64,000 nucleotides of DNA. Origin: a virus (taxonomy: Duplodnaviria > Caudoviricetes). Below are positions 20,178-30,600 of this stretch, piece after piece. Position 1 is the first letter of the stretch. Each line of letters opens with the position of its first letter. The DNA lies in the IMG/VR virus record IMGVR_UViG_2974723051_000001, positions 1 through 64,000 of that record. The stretch is one strand, 5' to 3'. The translations under genes and the position numbers were made by a program. The notes below the pieces were generated by a model. It saw only the letters and a list, made by a program, of their open reading frames with translations, ran no database searches and was not told the DNA's origin.

Positions 20178-20546
20178 TGCTGTATCTGGATTGGAGACTT
20201 GAAAAAGATGCAGCCAGTGCTTGGCTGCAATTGTTAGTCTACGGGAGAATCCTGTGAACGATAACCAAGAATTACAGATGGCAATTGATGTACTAGTCAA
20301 TGACTTCATTGATTCGGATGCGCCTAACTACAAAGGCTACCGAGTAGAAGATGAAAAAAGCAATCAACAGTATACGATTGTGGTTCATAAGACTGGTTCG
20401 AAATTACCAGATGAAAAGCACTTTAAGTAACAACCTTCGGTTGTTGTATTGGAAAAGATAATGGCTCTGTTCTAGAGCCTTTTTTAATTGTAATTGGCAA
20501 CCTTCGGTTGCTGATGTGAAAATCAAACCATAAAGGAAAAAACAAA

Positions 20547-21155
20547 ATGTCTGAAGTACGTAAAGCTATCACAGCTACTGATAAGTCAACTAAAGCTCTT
20601 GGTACAGCGGTTCTATCTCTAAGTAAGATTGCTGCTGAAATCGAAAAGATGTCTGCTACAGTTCCAGCAATGATTGACGAAATCGGTCTGAAACAAGGTG
20701 AGCTTGACTCAATTGCTCAAGAAACTGAACTTGCAGCTCGTAACGCTAAAGTAGACCTTGACCTACGTGTGCGTGAAAACGAAGACAAAGTGCTAGCTGA
20801 CCTGATGAAGAAGCGTGGTTACGCTACTATCACTAATGAAGCTGTTGCAACTCTTGAACGTAACCTTGAGACAGCAAACGCTGACAATGCTGCTGAAGTA
20901 GCGAAAGCTGTACAAGCTGCGGTTGCTTCTAAAGTAGCTGAGCATAAAGTTGAAATTGCTGCACTAACTTCTCAGCATGATGTTGCGTCTGCTACTGCTA
21001 AAGCTGAAGTTGAAGCTGCGGGTGCTAAGATTAAGTTCTTGGAAGAGCAGGTTACAAACCTACGCGAAACAATCACTGCTGAACGTGATGCTCGTGTTCA
21101 AGAAGCAGAAGCTCGTGCTAAATCAAATGGCGTTACTGTTAACAACAGTAAGTAA
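20547..21155 (+). CDS. Coiled-coil protein, probably highly expressed
   Basis: Ala/Glu/Lys-rich heptads; strong RBS; biased codon usage. Confidence 0.8.
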   Translation: MSEVRKAITATDKSTKALGTAVLSLSKIAAEIEKMSATVPAMIDEIGLKQGELDSIAQETELAARNAKVDLDLRVRENEDKVLADLMKKRGYATITNEAVATLERNLETANADNAAEVAKAVQAAVASKVAEHKVEIAALTSQHDVASATAKAEVEAAGAKIKFLEEQVTNLRETITAERDARVQEAEARAKSNGVTVNNSK

Positions 21156-21358
21156 GCCAAAAGTAAAGGCCATAGTTTTATGGCCTTTATGAGTCTCTTT
21201 ATGAATACAAGTTATTCATAATAAGATTCCTTTCATAATGTCATGTACTGTTACTCTCCAATTGATGGTGACCTTCGGGTTATAAAGAATCGCTGCCAGT
21301 TCCACCATCACCTCTCATCATGTATGATTATGGAGTGTCAAACAGAGGAGTACACATT

Positions 21359-21559
21359 ATGGAAACTATTATGCATTGGTTAGAGATTGCACTTGTTGTA
21401 ATTGGTTCGTGTTCAGTAATTGTAGCTGCACTTAAACCAGTAGCTGCGCTAACTGAAACCAAGAAAGATGATGCAGTCTTAGCCAAGGTTGATTCTGTGC
21501 TGAATGTGTTTATTAAAGTACTTGATAAACTTTCAGTTAATACGAAACCAAAGAAATGA
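21359..21559 (+). CDS. Putative holin
   Basis: One TM helix, TETKKDD motif, basic C-terminus; precedes a spanin-like pair. Confidence 0.55.
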   Translation: METIMHWLEIALVVIGSCSVIVAALKPVAALTETKKDDAVLAKVDSVLNVFIKVLDKLSVNTKPKK

Positions 21560-21756
21560 AATGGCTAACTGTATTGGGCGAGATAGGCTCGTTCATTCTT
21601 AAACACCTAAAACTATCGGAGAAAGATAAGTATGAAAAGAACCGTCTTAAGGACTCTTCTTCTGCTGCTGACAGTTTTGAGTCTAAGTTCAACCCTAACG
21701 GGTTGCGCAGTGAATCAATGTCAGGTGACGACTCCGATACTCGTAAACGGAAGTGA
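21556..21756 (+). CDS. Putative i-spanin-like protein
   Basis: Amphipathic/hydrophobic N-terminus; overlaps a lipoprotein ORF in another frame. Confidence 0.45.
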   Translation: MKWLTVLGEIGSFILKHLKLSEKDKYEKNRLKDSSSAADSFESKFNPNGLRSESMSGDDSDTRKRK

Positions 21757-21850
21757 CTACCGTAGAGTAGGTGATGAAATATTCTTACTGCCTGTAGGTA
21801 CGCAAAGAATTATGGATTATATCCATGACTTGGAGCAATGTGCTTACTAG
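21632..21850 (+). CDS. Lipoprotein, putative o-spanin
   Basis: Lipobox LTGC after a hydrophobic signal; overlapped arrangement like Rz/Rz1. Confidence 0.6.
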   Translation: MKRTVLRTLLLLLTVLSLSSTLTGCAVNQCQVTTPILVNGSDYRRVGDEIFLLPVGTQRIMDYIHDLEQCAY

Positions 21851-21859
21851 AGGTGATGG

Positions 21860-22290
21860 ACATGGATTGTCCCTCTTTTGTAATGGCTACTTAATATTGT
21901 TTGTTTATTAATTATTAATTACCCCCAATAATTATGTATTGATAGATATCCACTAGGGTTTTATTTTGCCGCACAATATGAAACCGAGTAGCCATTACCG
22001 ATAGTATTCTCGCTGAGTATTATCGTACACTCATTGAACCAAGTAATATCAGGCTATCAACCTGACGCTGAGCACTACGCAAGGTGTTGGTTCATTGAGT
22101 ACAGACCCCGTCCGGAATTCCTAAGAAAGTTGGACGTTAAGCTACCGTTAGGATGACACTGGGAAAGACTAGCATGTATCTATTAATCAACTGGTGATTA
22201 AAGTTATATGTCATTGCCGTGCTAATTTTATTGTATGTGATTATACAATCTTACATTCGTCTATTAGGGATTACTTCGGTAATCCCATTT
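21860..22290 (+). ncRNA. Candidate structured non-coding RNA
   Basis: No long ORF; 12-bp long-range stem 21880-21891/21987-21998 and several nested hairpins; ends at a terminator (22267-22292). Confidence 0.45.
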
Positions 22291-22310
22291 TTTATATCTA
22301 AAGGACAGTT

Positions 22311-22637
22311 ATGACTGAACAAGCAGAACAAAAAGTAGTTACAGTAACTGAAACTACTGACCTTACGGATGAGCAACGTATCACTCTACTAGGTGCTACA
22401 GTAATCTTTAATAAGATTGCTCAAGACCATCAAGAAGGTGACCAAGTTCTAGTTAACCAAGCATTGTTTGCTTCTACTATTCTTGAGCGTATTGTTGGTG
22501 GCTCTATCCCACTAGGTGTGTTCGATGACCCTGAATTCATTCTAAATGACTTCAAACAATCATACGAAAACTTCATGGCTCAAAAGCAAATGGAACAAGC
22601 TGCTACTACTGAACAAACTTCAGAAGCAATTAACTAA
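22311..22637 (+). CDS. Hypothetical protein
   Basis: 108 aa, AAGGA RBS. Confidence 0.75.
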   Translation: MTEQAEQKVVTVTETTDLTDEQRITLLGATVIFNKIAQDHQEGDQVLVNQALFASTILERIVGGSIPLGVFDDPEFILNDFKQSYENFMAQKQMEQAATTEQTSEAIN

Positions 22638-22683
22638 TATGGCTGGGGCTAATCGCCCCTGCTTTGGAAAGGGAACCAATCTC

Positions 22684-23160
22684 ATGAAATATCTATTTAT
22701 CTTGTTGTTACTTATTGGTTTACCCGCGAAAGCGGAACTGAACTCTGCATGTGCAGACTTAATTGAATCAATGGCTTCGGAGGATGTAGTTGATGAAACT
22801 GGTTCGATTTCCCAAGCATATGATTGCGCACGTGGAAAAGTCACAATCATCGCCAATATTAATGAATCTATTTCTAAAGATACTCTTACACAGTATGCGC
22901 CAACATTCGGAGAACAATACTGTCTAAGTATTTCTAAGAATTATTTATTGGCAGACCCCACTACTGAAAACTGGATAGAGGTAGTATTCCGTGGTGGTGT
23001 GAAAACAATTATTAAACATCCTGAAATGGAACCAGTAATACATGAGTATGACTTGGATACTTGTCTTCAGTATGTTGAACAAATCCGGGCAGAGATGCCT
23101 AAAGATGGATATGAACAGGTCAAGTTTATCCATCAGTACAAATTAAAAGGTGAGCGCTAG
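22684..23160 (+). CDS. Secreted, Cys-containing hypothetical protein
   Basis: Signal peptide MKYLFILLLLIGLPAKA. Confidence 0.7.
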   Translation: MKYLFILLLLIGLPAKAELNSACADLIESMASEDVVDETGSISQAYDCARGKVTIIANINESISKDTLTQYAPTFGEQYCLSISKNYLLADPTTENWIEVVFRGGVKTIIKHPEMEPVIHEYDLDTCLQYVEQIRAEMPKDGYEQVKFIHQYKLKGER

Positions 23161-23505
23161 CTTGCTGTTCTGAAGGTCGCTAGTTAAGTTAAGTTTCCTC
23201 ATGGCTTACTCGACGTATGGCGACATAAAAGAGGGTGTCCCAGCTACAGAACCAGTAATGGTTGGCTGCTTATAGGTTTTCGATTATTCCCCTGTAAGTA
23301 GTTTGTGGTAATCCCCGCCTCGGCCAAAGGAAGTGTGAGATGAAGGGTTTGATTAATGGTCATTCATGGCTCCATTAATCAGCATAAACCTAGTCATTCG
23401 TTGGAGACACACAATAACAGTAGCTATCACAGCCGATTCCTCCTAATTGGTGATGTGGTCGCAGGGGTACAGGCGTCAGTGTAGAAATACACAGTACCCA
23501 AACTT
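23158..23505 (+). ncRNA. Candidate large structured non-coding RNA
   Basis: Closing stem 23158-23169/23416-23426 with internal stems; 3' hairpin GGGTAC...GTACCC; no plus-strand ORF of 60 aa or more. Confidence 0.45.
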
Positions 23506-23712
23506 TCTTCTCTTCTATATACTTTTTCCGAATTTAATAGGAGACAGTATATGAAAGAGTGGTATGAAAGTAATATTGCAAGGTGCTTTGAGAGTTGGGT
23601 GGAAACCATCCAAACCAATCCCAAAGAAGCATTAAAGTATATGGCAGATATCCAAGTGTATCGTCAGTTACTCAAGCAACGGACTGCCTAACTTTCACTG
23701 TAAACTATTAAT

Positions 23713-23738
23713 GGGCTACCTACGGGTAGCCCTTTTTT
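23713..23738 (+). terminator. Terminator
   Basis: GGGCTACC-TACG-GGTAGCCC plus T-tract. Confidence 0.85.
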
Positions 23739-23754
23739 ATTTTAAGGAACCAGA

Positions 23755-24234
23755 ATGATTAATGTCACATATATGCGTCGAGAAGATGTAGAAGCCATCG
23801 TAAAACTACGTGATGAATCCAAGTTAGGTTGGGCAGAGATATCCCATCAAATGGGTTATTGTAAAGCTTCATGTAGTAAACACTACTACATTCATAAGTC
23901 ACCGGAACCAAAATGTTACTTCAGTGATATTGTGGCTGCTATTAAGAAACTTGATATGAGTACTATGTCTACGACAGATGCATATAACATGGCTAAAGCT
24001 ATGGGTTATCAGGCTTCTCTATTTACTTTCCGTGAACGCAAAGAGATTAAACATCTACCTCTCAAACATAGTACTGCCCGTAAACAAATGATTGTTGATA
24101 AGGTTATGACAGAAGCTGCTAAAGACCCTAGCCAGTCACTCCGTGACTTGGTGTGGAAACACAGCGAGGGTTATGGTTATAATTTTAAACTTAACCTGTT
24201 ACGTCAACTTCCTGAGATTAAATATAATGAGTAG
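23755..24234 (+). CDS. HTH-containing protein
   Basis: LGWAEISHQMGYCKASC helix-turn-helix-like segment. Confidence 0.6.
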   Translation: MINVTYMRREDVEAIVKLRDESKLGWAEISHQMGYCKASCSKHYYIHKSPEPKCYFSDIVAAIKKLDMSTMSTTDAYNMAKAMGYQASLFTFRERKEIKHLPLKHSTARKQMIVDKVMTEAAKDPSQSLRDLVWKHSEGYGYNFKLNLLRQLPEIKYNE

Positions 24235-24556
24235 TTTAAATGAACAACATGGTGGAACTCACTACAACATAGGTATTCAACCTATCGAGTATATCCATGC
24301 TAACAACTTAAACTTTTTTGAAGGAAACGCTATCAAGTATATCACCAGACATCGTTCTAAGAATGGTGCTGAAGATTTAAAGAAAGCGATACATTATGCT
24401 CAGATGATTCTTGAAATGGACTACGGAATCAAAAGTAACATCAATTTTGAAAATCCATCGGAAAGCAATCATGCAGCAACTTCTACAAACCCAGTTCAAC
24501 CCAAACCAGAACTGTATGTGTTCAAGTACAATCCCGAACATGAATCAATTAGCTAA
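24227..24556 (+). CDS. DUF3310 protein
   Basis: GGTHY..IQPIEYI...FFEGNAIKYITR...KNGAEDLKKAIHY. Confidence 0.88.
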   Translation: MSSLNEQHGGTHYNIGIQPIEYIHANNLNFFEGNAIKYITRHRSKNGAEDLKKAIHYAQMILEMDYGIKSNINFENPSESNHAATSTNPVQPKPELYVFKYNPEHESIS

Positions 24557-24669
24557 ACGCTTTAATCAAGAAACCAAGAGACTAACAGCCGGTACTGGTA
24601 GAGTTACCTTGGTTCGAAAGCGAAAAGCTAAATCTTATTCCCCTATTTTAAATTAAAAGGAACCATCTA

Positions 24670-25482
24670 ATGGTAGCTAAAATTAACCCTTGGTCAGAAG
24701 CCCCTGCTGGAACTACACACCGTCATCGTCAAACTGGCATGTTCTACAGTGTAAACGAAGCTGGTCAAGTAAGCGTGTATAGCAAACACGGTCAATGGGT
24801 AGCATCTAAAGTACAAGCTACATCTGCAATGCTGGAACCAGCTCCAGCTAAAGAAGAACCAGTACAAGACAATGCTGCACTTCTTAGTTCAATCCTTCGT
24901 GCTAAAGGTCTTCCTGAAGAGTTGATTTCTAGTCTACTTGATGGTGCTGAAGTCGAACTAATTGACTTATCTGACGAAGAAGACGAACCAACAGAAGAAC
25001 CAGAGCAATCTGAAGAAGAGATTATTGAAAACATTGTTGTTGAAGCACTAATGCGTATGGGTGTTCCAAAAGCAGAAGCACTAAACGCTATTGCTTCGGT
25101 ACGTGATGAAGAACAAGACGAAGAAGAAGAAAAGTCTTGTGATTGTCCTTCATGTACTGGTGGCTCTGAAGCTGAACAGCTTAACTATGTTGGTCAGAAG
25201 CTTGAAGCAATGCTGACAGCTCTGAAAGCTAAGTTCGACCTACCTTTCAACGTAGCGTTGGTAATGCAAGACATTGGTTTTGTGAACAAAGCTAAACCAG
25301 TAATGATTGACCCAAGTAAGATTTCTGATAAAGAAATGACACACTTGACTCAGTTCATGAACGAAGGTCTAGCTAAGACATCGGCTTATGCACATCTAAA
25401 TGAGCAAAGTAAGAATATCATTCACGAAATCGTTGTTGGTATTCTTCACCACGGCTACTCAAAAGGCATTGTCCGTTTGTAA
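24670..25482 (+). CDS. Acidic hypothetical protein
   Basis: N-terminal WSEAPAGTTH module; acidic linkers; CDCPSC. Confidence 0.75.
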   Translation: MVAKINPWSEAPAGTTHRHRQTGMFYSVNEAGQVSVYSKHGQWVASKVQATSAMLEPAPAKEEPVQDNAALLSSILRAKGLPEELISSLLDGAEVELIDLSDEEDEPTEEPEQSEEEIIENIVVEALMRMGVPKAEALNAIASVRDEEQDEEEEKSCDCPSCTGGSEAEQLNYVGQKLEAMLTALKAKFDLPFNVALVMQDIGFVNKAKPVMIDPSKISDKEMTHLTQFMNEGLAKTSAYAHLNEQSKNIIHEIVVGILHHGYSKGIVRL

Positions 25483-25528
25483 TTAATAGGGACTCTTCGT
25501 GAGTCCCTTATTTTATTTAGGAGTTCTT

Positions 25529-25990
25529 ATGTTTGATAAACTTCGTAAACGTATGTGGAAAAACATCAGTCAACATATCATAGCTATCACACCTCGTAAG
25601 TGTATTGTCACAGTGAAAGACCGTGTAAATGATATACATCCTCCACTACATAACCATAAGTGTCATCAGAATACTGCATGGCATCTAGCACACAATCCAG
25701 AAGTAGTAGCAGTAGGTCGTGGATTCATCGTAGAGAAAGATGGATATGACAGTATTGTTTGTCACTTCATCTGCTTAGACCAGTGGGGTAACTGGTTCGA
25801 CCCAACGTTAGGTGTGCAGATTATTAAGGATGGTAAGTTCTACTTGCTTGAGACTTATACATCTGTAGAACAGTTCAACAGTAATAACTGTGATAAAGAA
25901 TTGATGGATACCAAACGTAGTATCTATAACAGTTTGACAGGTTGGCGTAAGTTCACAATGTGGTTGGACAAGGGTATTCACAGTATCTAA
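25529..25990 (+). CDS. Hypothetical protein, possible transglutaminase/papain-like Cys-His-Asp fold
   Basis: KCHQN ... VCHFI ... WFDPT. Confidence 0.5.
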   Translation: MFDKLRKRMWKNISQHIIAITPRKCIVTVKDRVNDIHPPLHNHKCHQNTAWHLAHNPEVVAVGRGFIVEKDGYDSIVCHFICLDQWGNWFDPTLGVQIIKDGKFYLLETYTSVEQFNSNNCDKELMDTKRSIYNSLTGWRKFTMWLDKGIHSI

Positions 25991-25997
25991 ACAAAGA

Positions 25998-26025
25998 AGG
26001 GGAACCAATGGTTCCCCTATTTTTA
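25998..26025. terminator. Terminator between convergent genes
   Basis: AGGGGAACC-AAT-GGTTCCCCT. Confidence 0.75.
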
Positions 26026-26136
26026 TTACAACACCATAGTAGTTGCTAGTGCCACCGTGGGACTAAGAACCAACATAAGGCTAGTTATCCATAACATGTT
26101 GAACATAGCACCTCTCCTTAGACGCTAAGCCTAACA

Positions 26137-27111
26137 TTAACGTTGAACAACAACCTTAACGTGACGGTCTACACCAGAATCTTGGAAGATTTCGATAGCA
26201 TCAGGAATAATTAGTCCTTCACCATCACGTTTTGGACGCCAGCGGAATGCATGAGTAGCGTGCGTATAGTTATCTTCTGCATCAAACATTTGAACACTTG
26301 ATGGGAAAGATGAACTTAGGTTATGAGCTACAGTTGTCCATAACTGGTTAGGAATTGTGATATTGGCTGGTGAAATAAATTTAGAACTTGCTTGCTCAGC
26401 CGCTAGACTCTCTAGCGTAGATTCAGCTACTTGAAGTACTTGAAGTACGTTAGAGCCATCAGGGAATAGAGTACCATTGAATACACCTAGATTATTTGCA
26501 TTTGTGCCAAACAATTGAGTGGTACGTTGGTAACTTGCTGCTGCATCAATTTGGTTCTGCATCATAGTATTACCAATATCCGTCATTACTGACTGTAAAT
26601 TAGCAGCATTAGAGAAGTATAGTTGAGAGCTATCTAGAGAGGTATTTAGAGCAGTTGCGGCAGGAATAGGCACAGTATTCCACAATTGAGCATCTACACC
26701 TACGGTAGCTACATCAGCTAGCAACTCATATTTACGACCAGCATGGTCACCTTCAAGAATAAATACAGAGGTATGTGCTTTTAGTTCACTAGCTTCATCT
26801 GCATCCGCTGTACGTGTCCAGTTACCATCAGCGTCTACAACATAGATACCATTCTCAGCAGCATCGGTTTGCGCCGATAGTAAGAAGCGGTCTTCAGCGA
26901 CGAGTGTGTAGCCGTCTTCTGTTAGGAAACCGCCAGTAGCCACCACTTGATTCTCATGGAAAGCTACTTTAACTGATTCTAGGCTTTTTAGTGAACCAGC
27001 AATCATTTCTTCAAGTTGGTGTAGAGGTACTAAATCATTTGCTGCAACAGCAGGTAAATCAGAATTAGCACCTGAACGAAAACGATAAGTTACATTGATT
27101 GGTTGCGTCAT
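26137..27111 (-). CDS. Fibre/decoration structural protein
   Basis: DGYTLVAEDRFLLSAQTDAAENGIYVV...WTRTADAD motif typical of phage fibre proteins. Confidence 0.7.
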   Translation of the reverse strand: MTQPINVTYRFRSGANSDLPAVAANDLVPLHQLEEMIAGSLKSLESVKVAFHENQVVATGGFLTEDGYTLVAEDRFLLSAQTDAAENGIYVVDADGNWTRTADADEASELKAHTSVFILEGDHAGRKYELLADVATVGVDAQLWNTVPIPAATALNTSLDSSQLYFSNAANLQSVMTDIGNTMMQNQIDAAASYQRTTQLFGTNANNLGVFNGTLFPDGSNVLQVLQVAESTLESLAAEQASSKFISPANITIPNQLWTTVAHNLSSSFPSSVQMFDAEDNYTHATHAFRWRPKRDGEGLIIPDAIEIFQDSGVDRHVKVVVQR

Positions 27112-27121
27112 AATATTTTCC

Positions 27122-27295
27122 TTAATATATAATTGCAAAACCATTTAAAGGTATGTCAGAAATGATGGTAACAGTACCTTCCATTTTGTCATATTGCTGT
27201 ATGACTCCATGAGTCATATCTATACCATCATTGTCTAGTATTCTAATGTTATCACCCACATTAGCAAATATCTTTTTACGTTTTATGTTCGTCAA
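27122..27295 (-). CDS. Small beta-rich protein of the fibre module (not in the ORF track)
   Basis: TTG start, 57 aa, fills the gap between flanking minus-strand genes. Confidence 0.5.
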   Translation of the reverse strand: MTNIKRKKIFANVGDNIRILDNDGIDMTHGVIQQYDKMEGTVTIISDIPLNGFAIIY

Positions 27296-27300
27296 CTCTA

Positions 27301-27609
27301 TTATTGGGAGCTTGTAGAATTGCTACTATTATGTTGTGTTACATAAACATTGATAGTACCTCCCTCACCATCCACAACAATTGGTTCATCACCTTCAATT
27401 TGGTACTCATATTCAAGCTCACCTACTATTGGGTCAATCCCAAAGTTCACATGAAGAGTACCATCTTTGAATTCCCAACTATCAATCTCTTTGGAGTTTC
27501 CATCACCTCCATAAGCAGCTAATGGTCGCCCTTTAGAAGCACCTTCCGGTAGTATGATTTTCCACACCACCTTTTCTTCTTCTTGTATATAAGTATTACG
27601 TTTAATCAC
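27301..27609 (-). CDS. Fibre-associated small protein
   Basis: WEFKDGTLHVNFG resembles the fibre C-terminus WDYNNEDHTLKVSFG. Confidence 0.6.
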   Translation of the reverse strand: MIKRNTYIQEEEKVVWKIILPEGASKGRPLAAYGGDGNSKEIDSWEFKDGTLHVNFGIDPIVGELEYEYQIEGDEPIVVDGEGGTINVYVTQHNSSNSTSSQ

Positions 27610-30600
27610 GATAAATCCCTAATGTTACTCGACCAATCAATACAGTTTCTCCGAAGGAAACCTTCAAGGTATGGTCTTCATTGTTATAGTCCCAATCCAG
27701 TGCCTTTACAGGACGGATTGAATTATTAGGCAACTGCTTAACAGCACCTAAAACTACTAAGTGGTCTGTGTCTTCGATTGTTATAGGGAAGGTCACAGAA
27801 CTTACATTACCAACATCTTTAGTTACAGTTAAGCTATTAGTATAAATATGGTCAAACTGGTGAAGGTCAATATTGGCAAACGGGTCATCCTCTGTGGGCT
27901 CCGTGAGTTCTTTAAAGTTGATTGAAACATCAACAAGGGGAACTTTATCAGCCACAGAAATTAAGTAAGCACCATCTGGCATATCAGACTTAGCTCTTAG
28001 AGCAATCCTATCACCTGCTTTAACAGCAAAAGTGAAAGGAGTCATTGAGTACATACCAGAGGAGCTTCCACTAATTGGGAAGCTTGTTCTAGAGTCTGGA
28101 ATCTCACTCATAGTACCATCAGAGGCCACAGTAACCCACCAAAACTCCGTAGGATGGTTTGAGGCTTGAGCTTGTTCAGAGGCGATGTTAAGTAACGTAT
28201 TGACCGTTGCTTGTCCATCTTTACCAAACTTTAATGCACCTTCACCACCACTAGCGGAAGAACCGGGAATCTGATTCACCATAGGGTCTAACGTAATATC
28301 GGCTTTACCTTTACGATGTGTTCCACAAGGAACTGGATTACCATCAGCGGCATCTCCAAGTGTGTAACGTAGTGAATATAGACCTGTAGCATCCTGAACG
28401 GACTCATAGAACTCATTATCATACTCCAAGTGTAACTCATTAAGCTTACGTGATTGGTGGATATGATAGAAGTAGAATGGGTCTTTTGCACCTACATTGA
28501 ACGTTTTAAGTTTCAATTCAGTAGGTTGCTGTACGGACTCAGGATAGATTACTACAGCATAGTTAACAGCAGTTTTAGGTACTGTGAACTCATGGGTAAC
28601 CTCGTGGTCTTCATTGGCAACATCTTTAGGGATGAATAGAGAATCCACTAGGGACCAACCAGATTGGAACGCAGGTGCTCCACCACTACGTGTAGTGAAG
28701 AGTTCCTGAGTGTACTCATCAGGTTTACCTGTCCATTGCAACAAGGCAACCCTAAAGGCGGCATCTTTGTTTGTTAGGGCAAGCTTCACACTCAATACCT
28801 TCTCACGCATAGCATAAGTTGGTACTGCATCCTCAATCTTACCGAAGACAAAGTCAACCATGTTGGAACCGTTATCTTTGAGCACCATTCGACCATCGAC
28901 GAAGCCTACCATGAGGTTCGAGATGTTATTCAAATGAAGACCATCAGGGAAGTCAGCCCCTTCACCACCTGTACCTTCCGAAAGAGGCATTACATAAGAA
29001 GATAGCCAATCAATGTTGGTCATCTCATTGCCCATGTAATAACGAGTGAACTCAATGTTCTGCTCGGTATCCACTTCATACTGTAGGGAGGCTAGACCAG
29101 ATTTAGAGGTAGGTAGAAGGGCTTGTACCATAACACCTGAAACACCTCTATCTCTTGGCATGATGGTAATATCATCCTTATCAAAGGAATCAACAACGTG
29201 CATTGTGAACTCTTTCAAGCCCTTAGCATTAACAACACCAACAGTTTCTAATGAGCCTAGTTTGTCACCTAAATGGTAGTATCGACGTACCACTAATGGG
29301 TGACCATTGGAATCCTCTAGGTACTTCACTGGTTGTCCAAACTCAGCTTTCTCAGCCAAATAGATTTGAACAAAACCATCAGCAGGTGCTTCACCTTCCA
29401 ATGCAATCCTGAAGGCTACTAAGTAGTCAGTACCACCAGTAACATTAGGGTCACCTTGGTCAGCCTCTTGCAAACCAATGGCCTTAGCTTTCATATCCTT
29501 GACAATATATGTACCATTATCAACAACAATATCGGTAGGGTAAATAGCTCCATCAGCGTGTGATGTAGCTGTGTGAGTTTTACCTATAATAACTATATCA
29601 GTATTAAGGTAAGCTAAGTATCCCGGAGCATGGATAGCCTCAAACGTACCTTCCTGTAATCTTAATCGAACCGCATCAGCATCATCAGGGTCAGCATAGG
29701 ATTGTAATGGAGGTTCTGCTAATACAATTGAACCTTTTGCATTACTTGACGCATCACCCAAGGTTCCCCAAGTGGTTGCAGCGGTTAATGTTACGGAATC
29801 AATAGAGTCACCATCAGGACGGGTAGCAGTTATACCTTTCAATTTAAGTAAGTCAATATCACCAAAGTTATTTACTCCATCATCCACTGTAATTCCTAAT
29901 GAAGCATTCGCGACATGGGACTTAATATCAGCAATAAAAGAATCATAAGATGTAGGAACAAAACCTGACATCAATACCACCCAATCAGTATTATTATGGA
30001 CAAGCCATAAGGTATTCTGGGGAGGTAGATTGATAGATGTCCCACCATTAATTGTAAGTCCCGTTGGGGCTATTAAGGTGACTGTATGAGTCTTATCTTC
30101 ATTCTTTAGGAAGAAGAGAGCTCCATCATAATGTCTACCTTGGTTAGGTAATGAAAGAACTTCATTTTTGGTTAGGTCGTGAAGGACACTGAAGTAACCT
30201 GACTGTGCTATATTAGGGAATACTGGTAAAGTCTTCCCACGGAACACGAAGAAACTCTGAAGCTCACCTACTCTTTGTGATAGTGCTGACATAGTAGTAT
30301 CTAAGTTATCTACCCTGCGGTCAGTATCCTCTACAATGGTTTCAATGGAGTTAACACCAGAATTGACATATTCTTCGGTAGCAATCTTTTTCTCAACCCA
30401 CTGCATAAGGTTTAATTTTAGGTAAGGGGTTGAACCAGTACCATCCATTTTAATAGGGTTATCAGCATGGTCCTTACCAGAGAAAGTCAACGTGACTACC
30501 TCACCAGAAAGTACATCAGGAGGTGTAGCGAGAGTGAGGGTATTACTACCAGCTTCGAGGTTGAAGAAGGTCTCAGCCCAGATGTTCTCATTATCAGCAT

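Noticed and set aside
21860-23505. tRNA genes
   Set aside because: No cloverleaf with GTTCRA and an acceptor stem recognised by eye; tRNAscan-SE would be needed to exclude them
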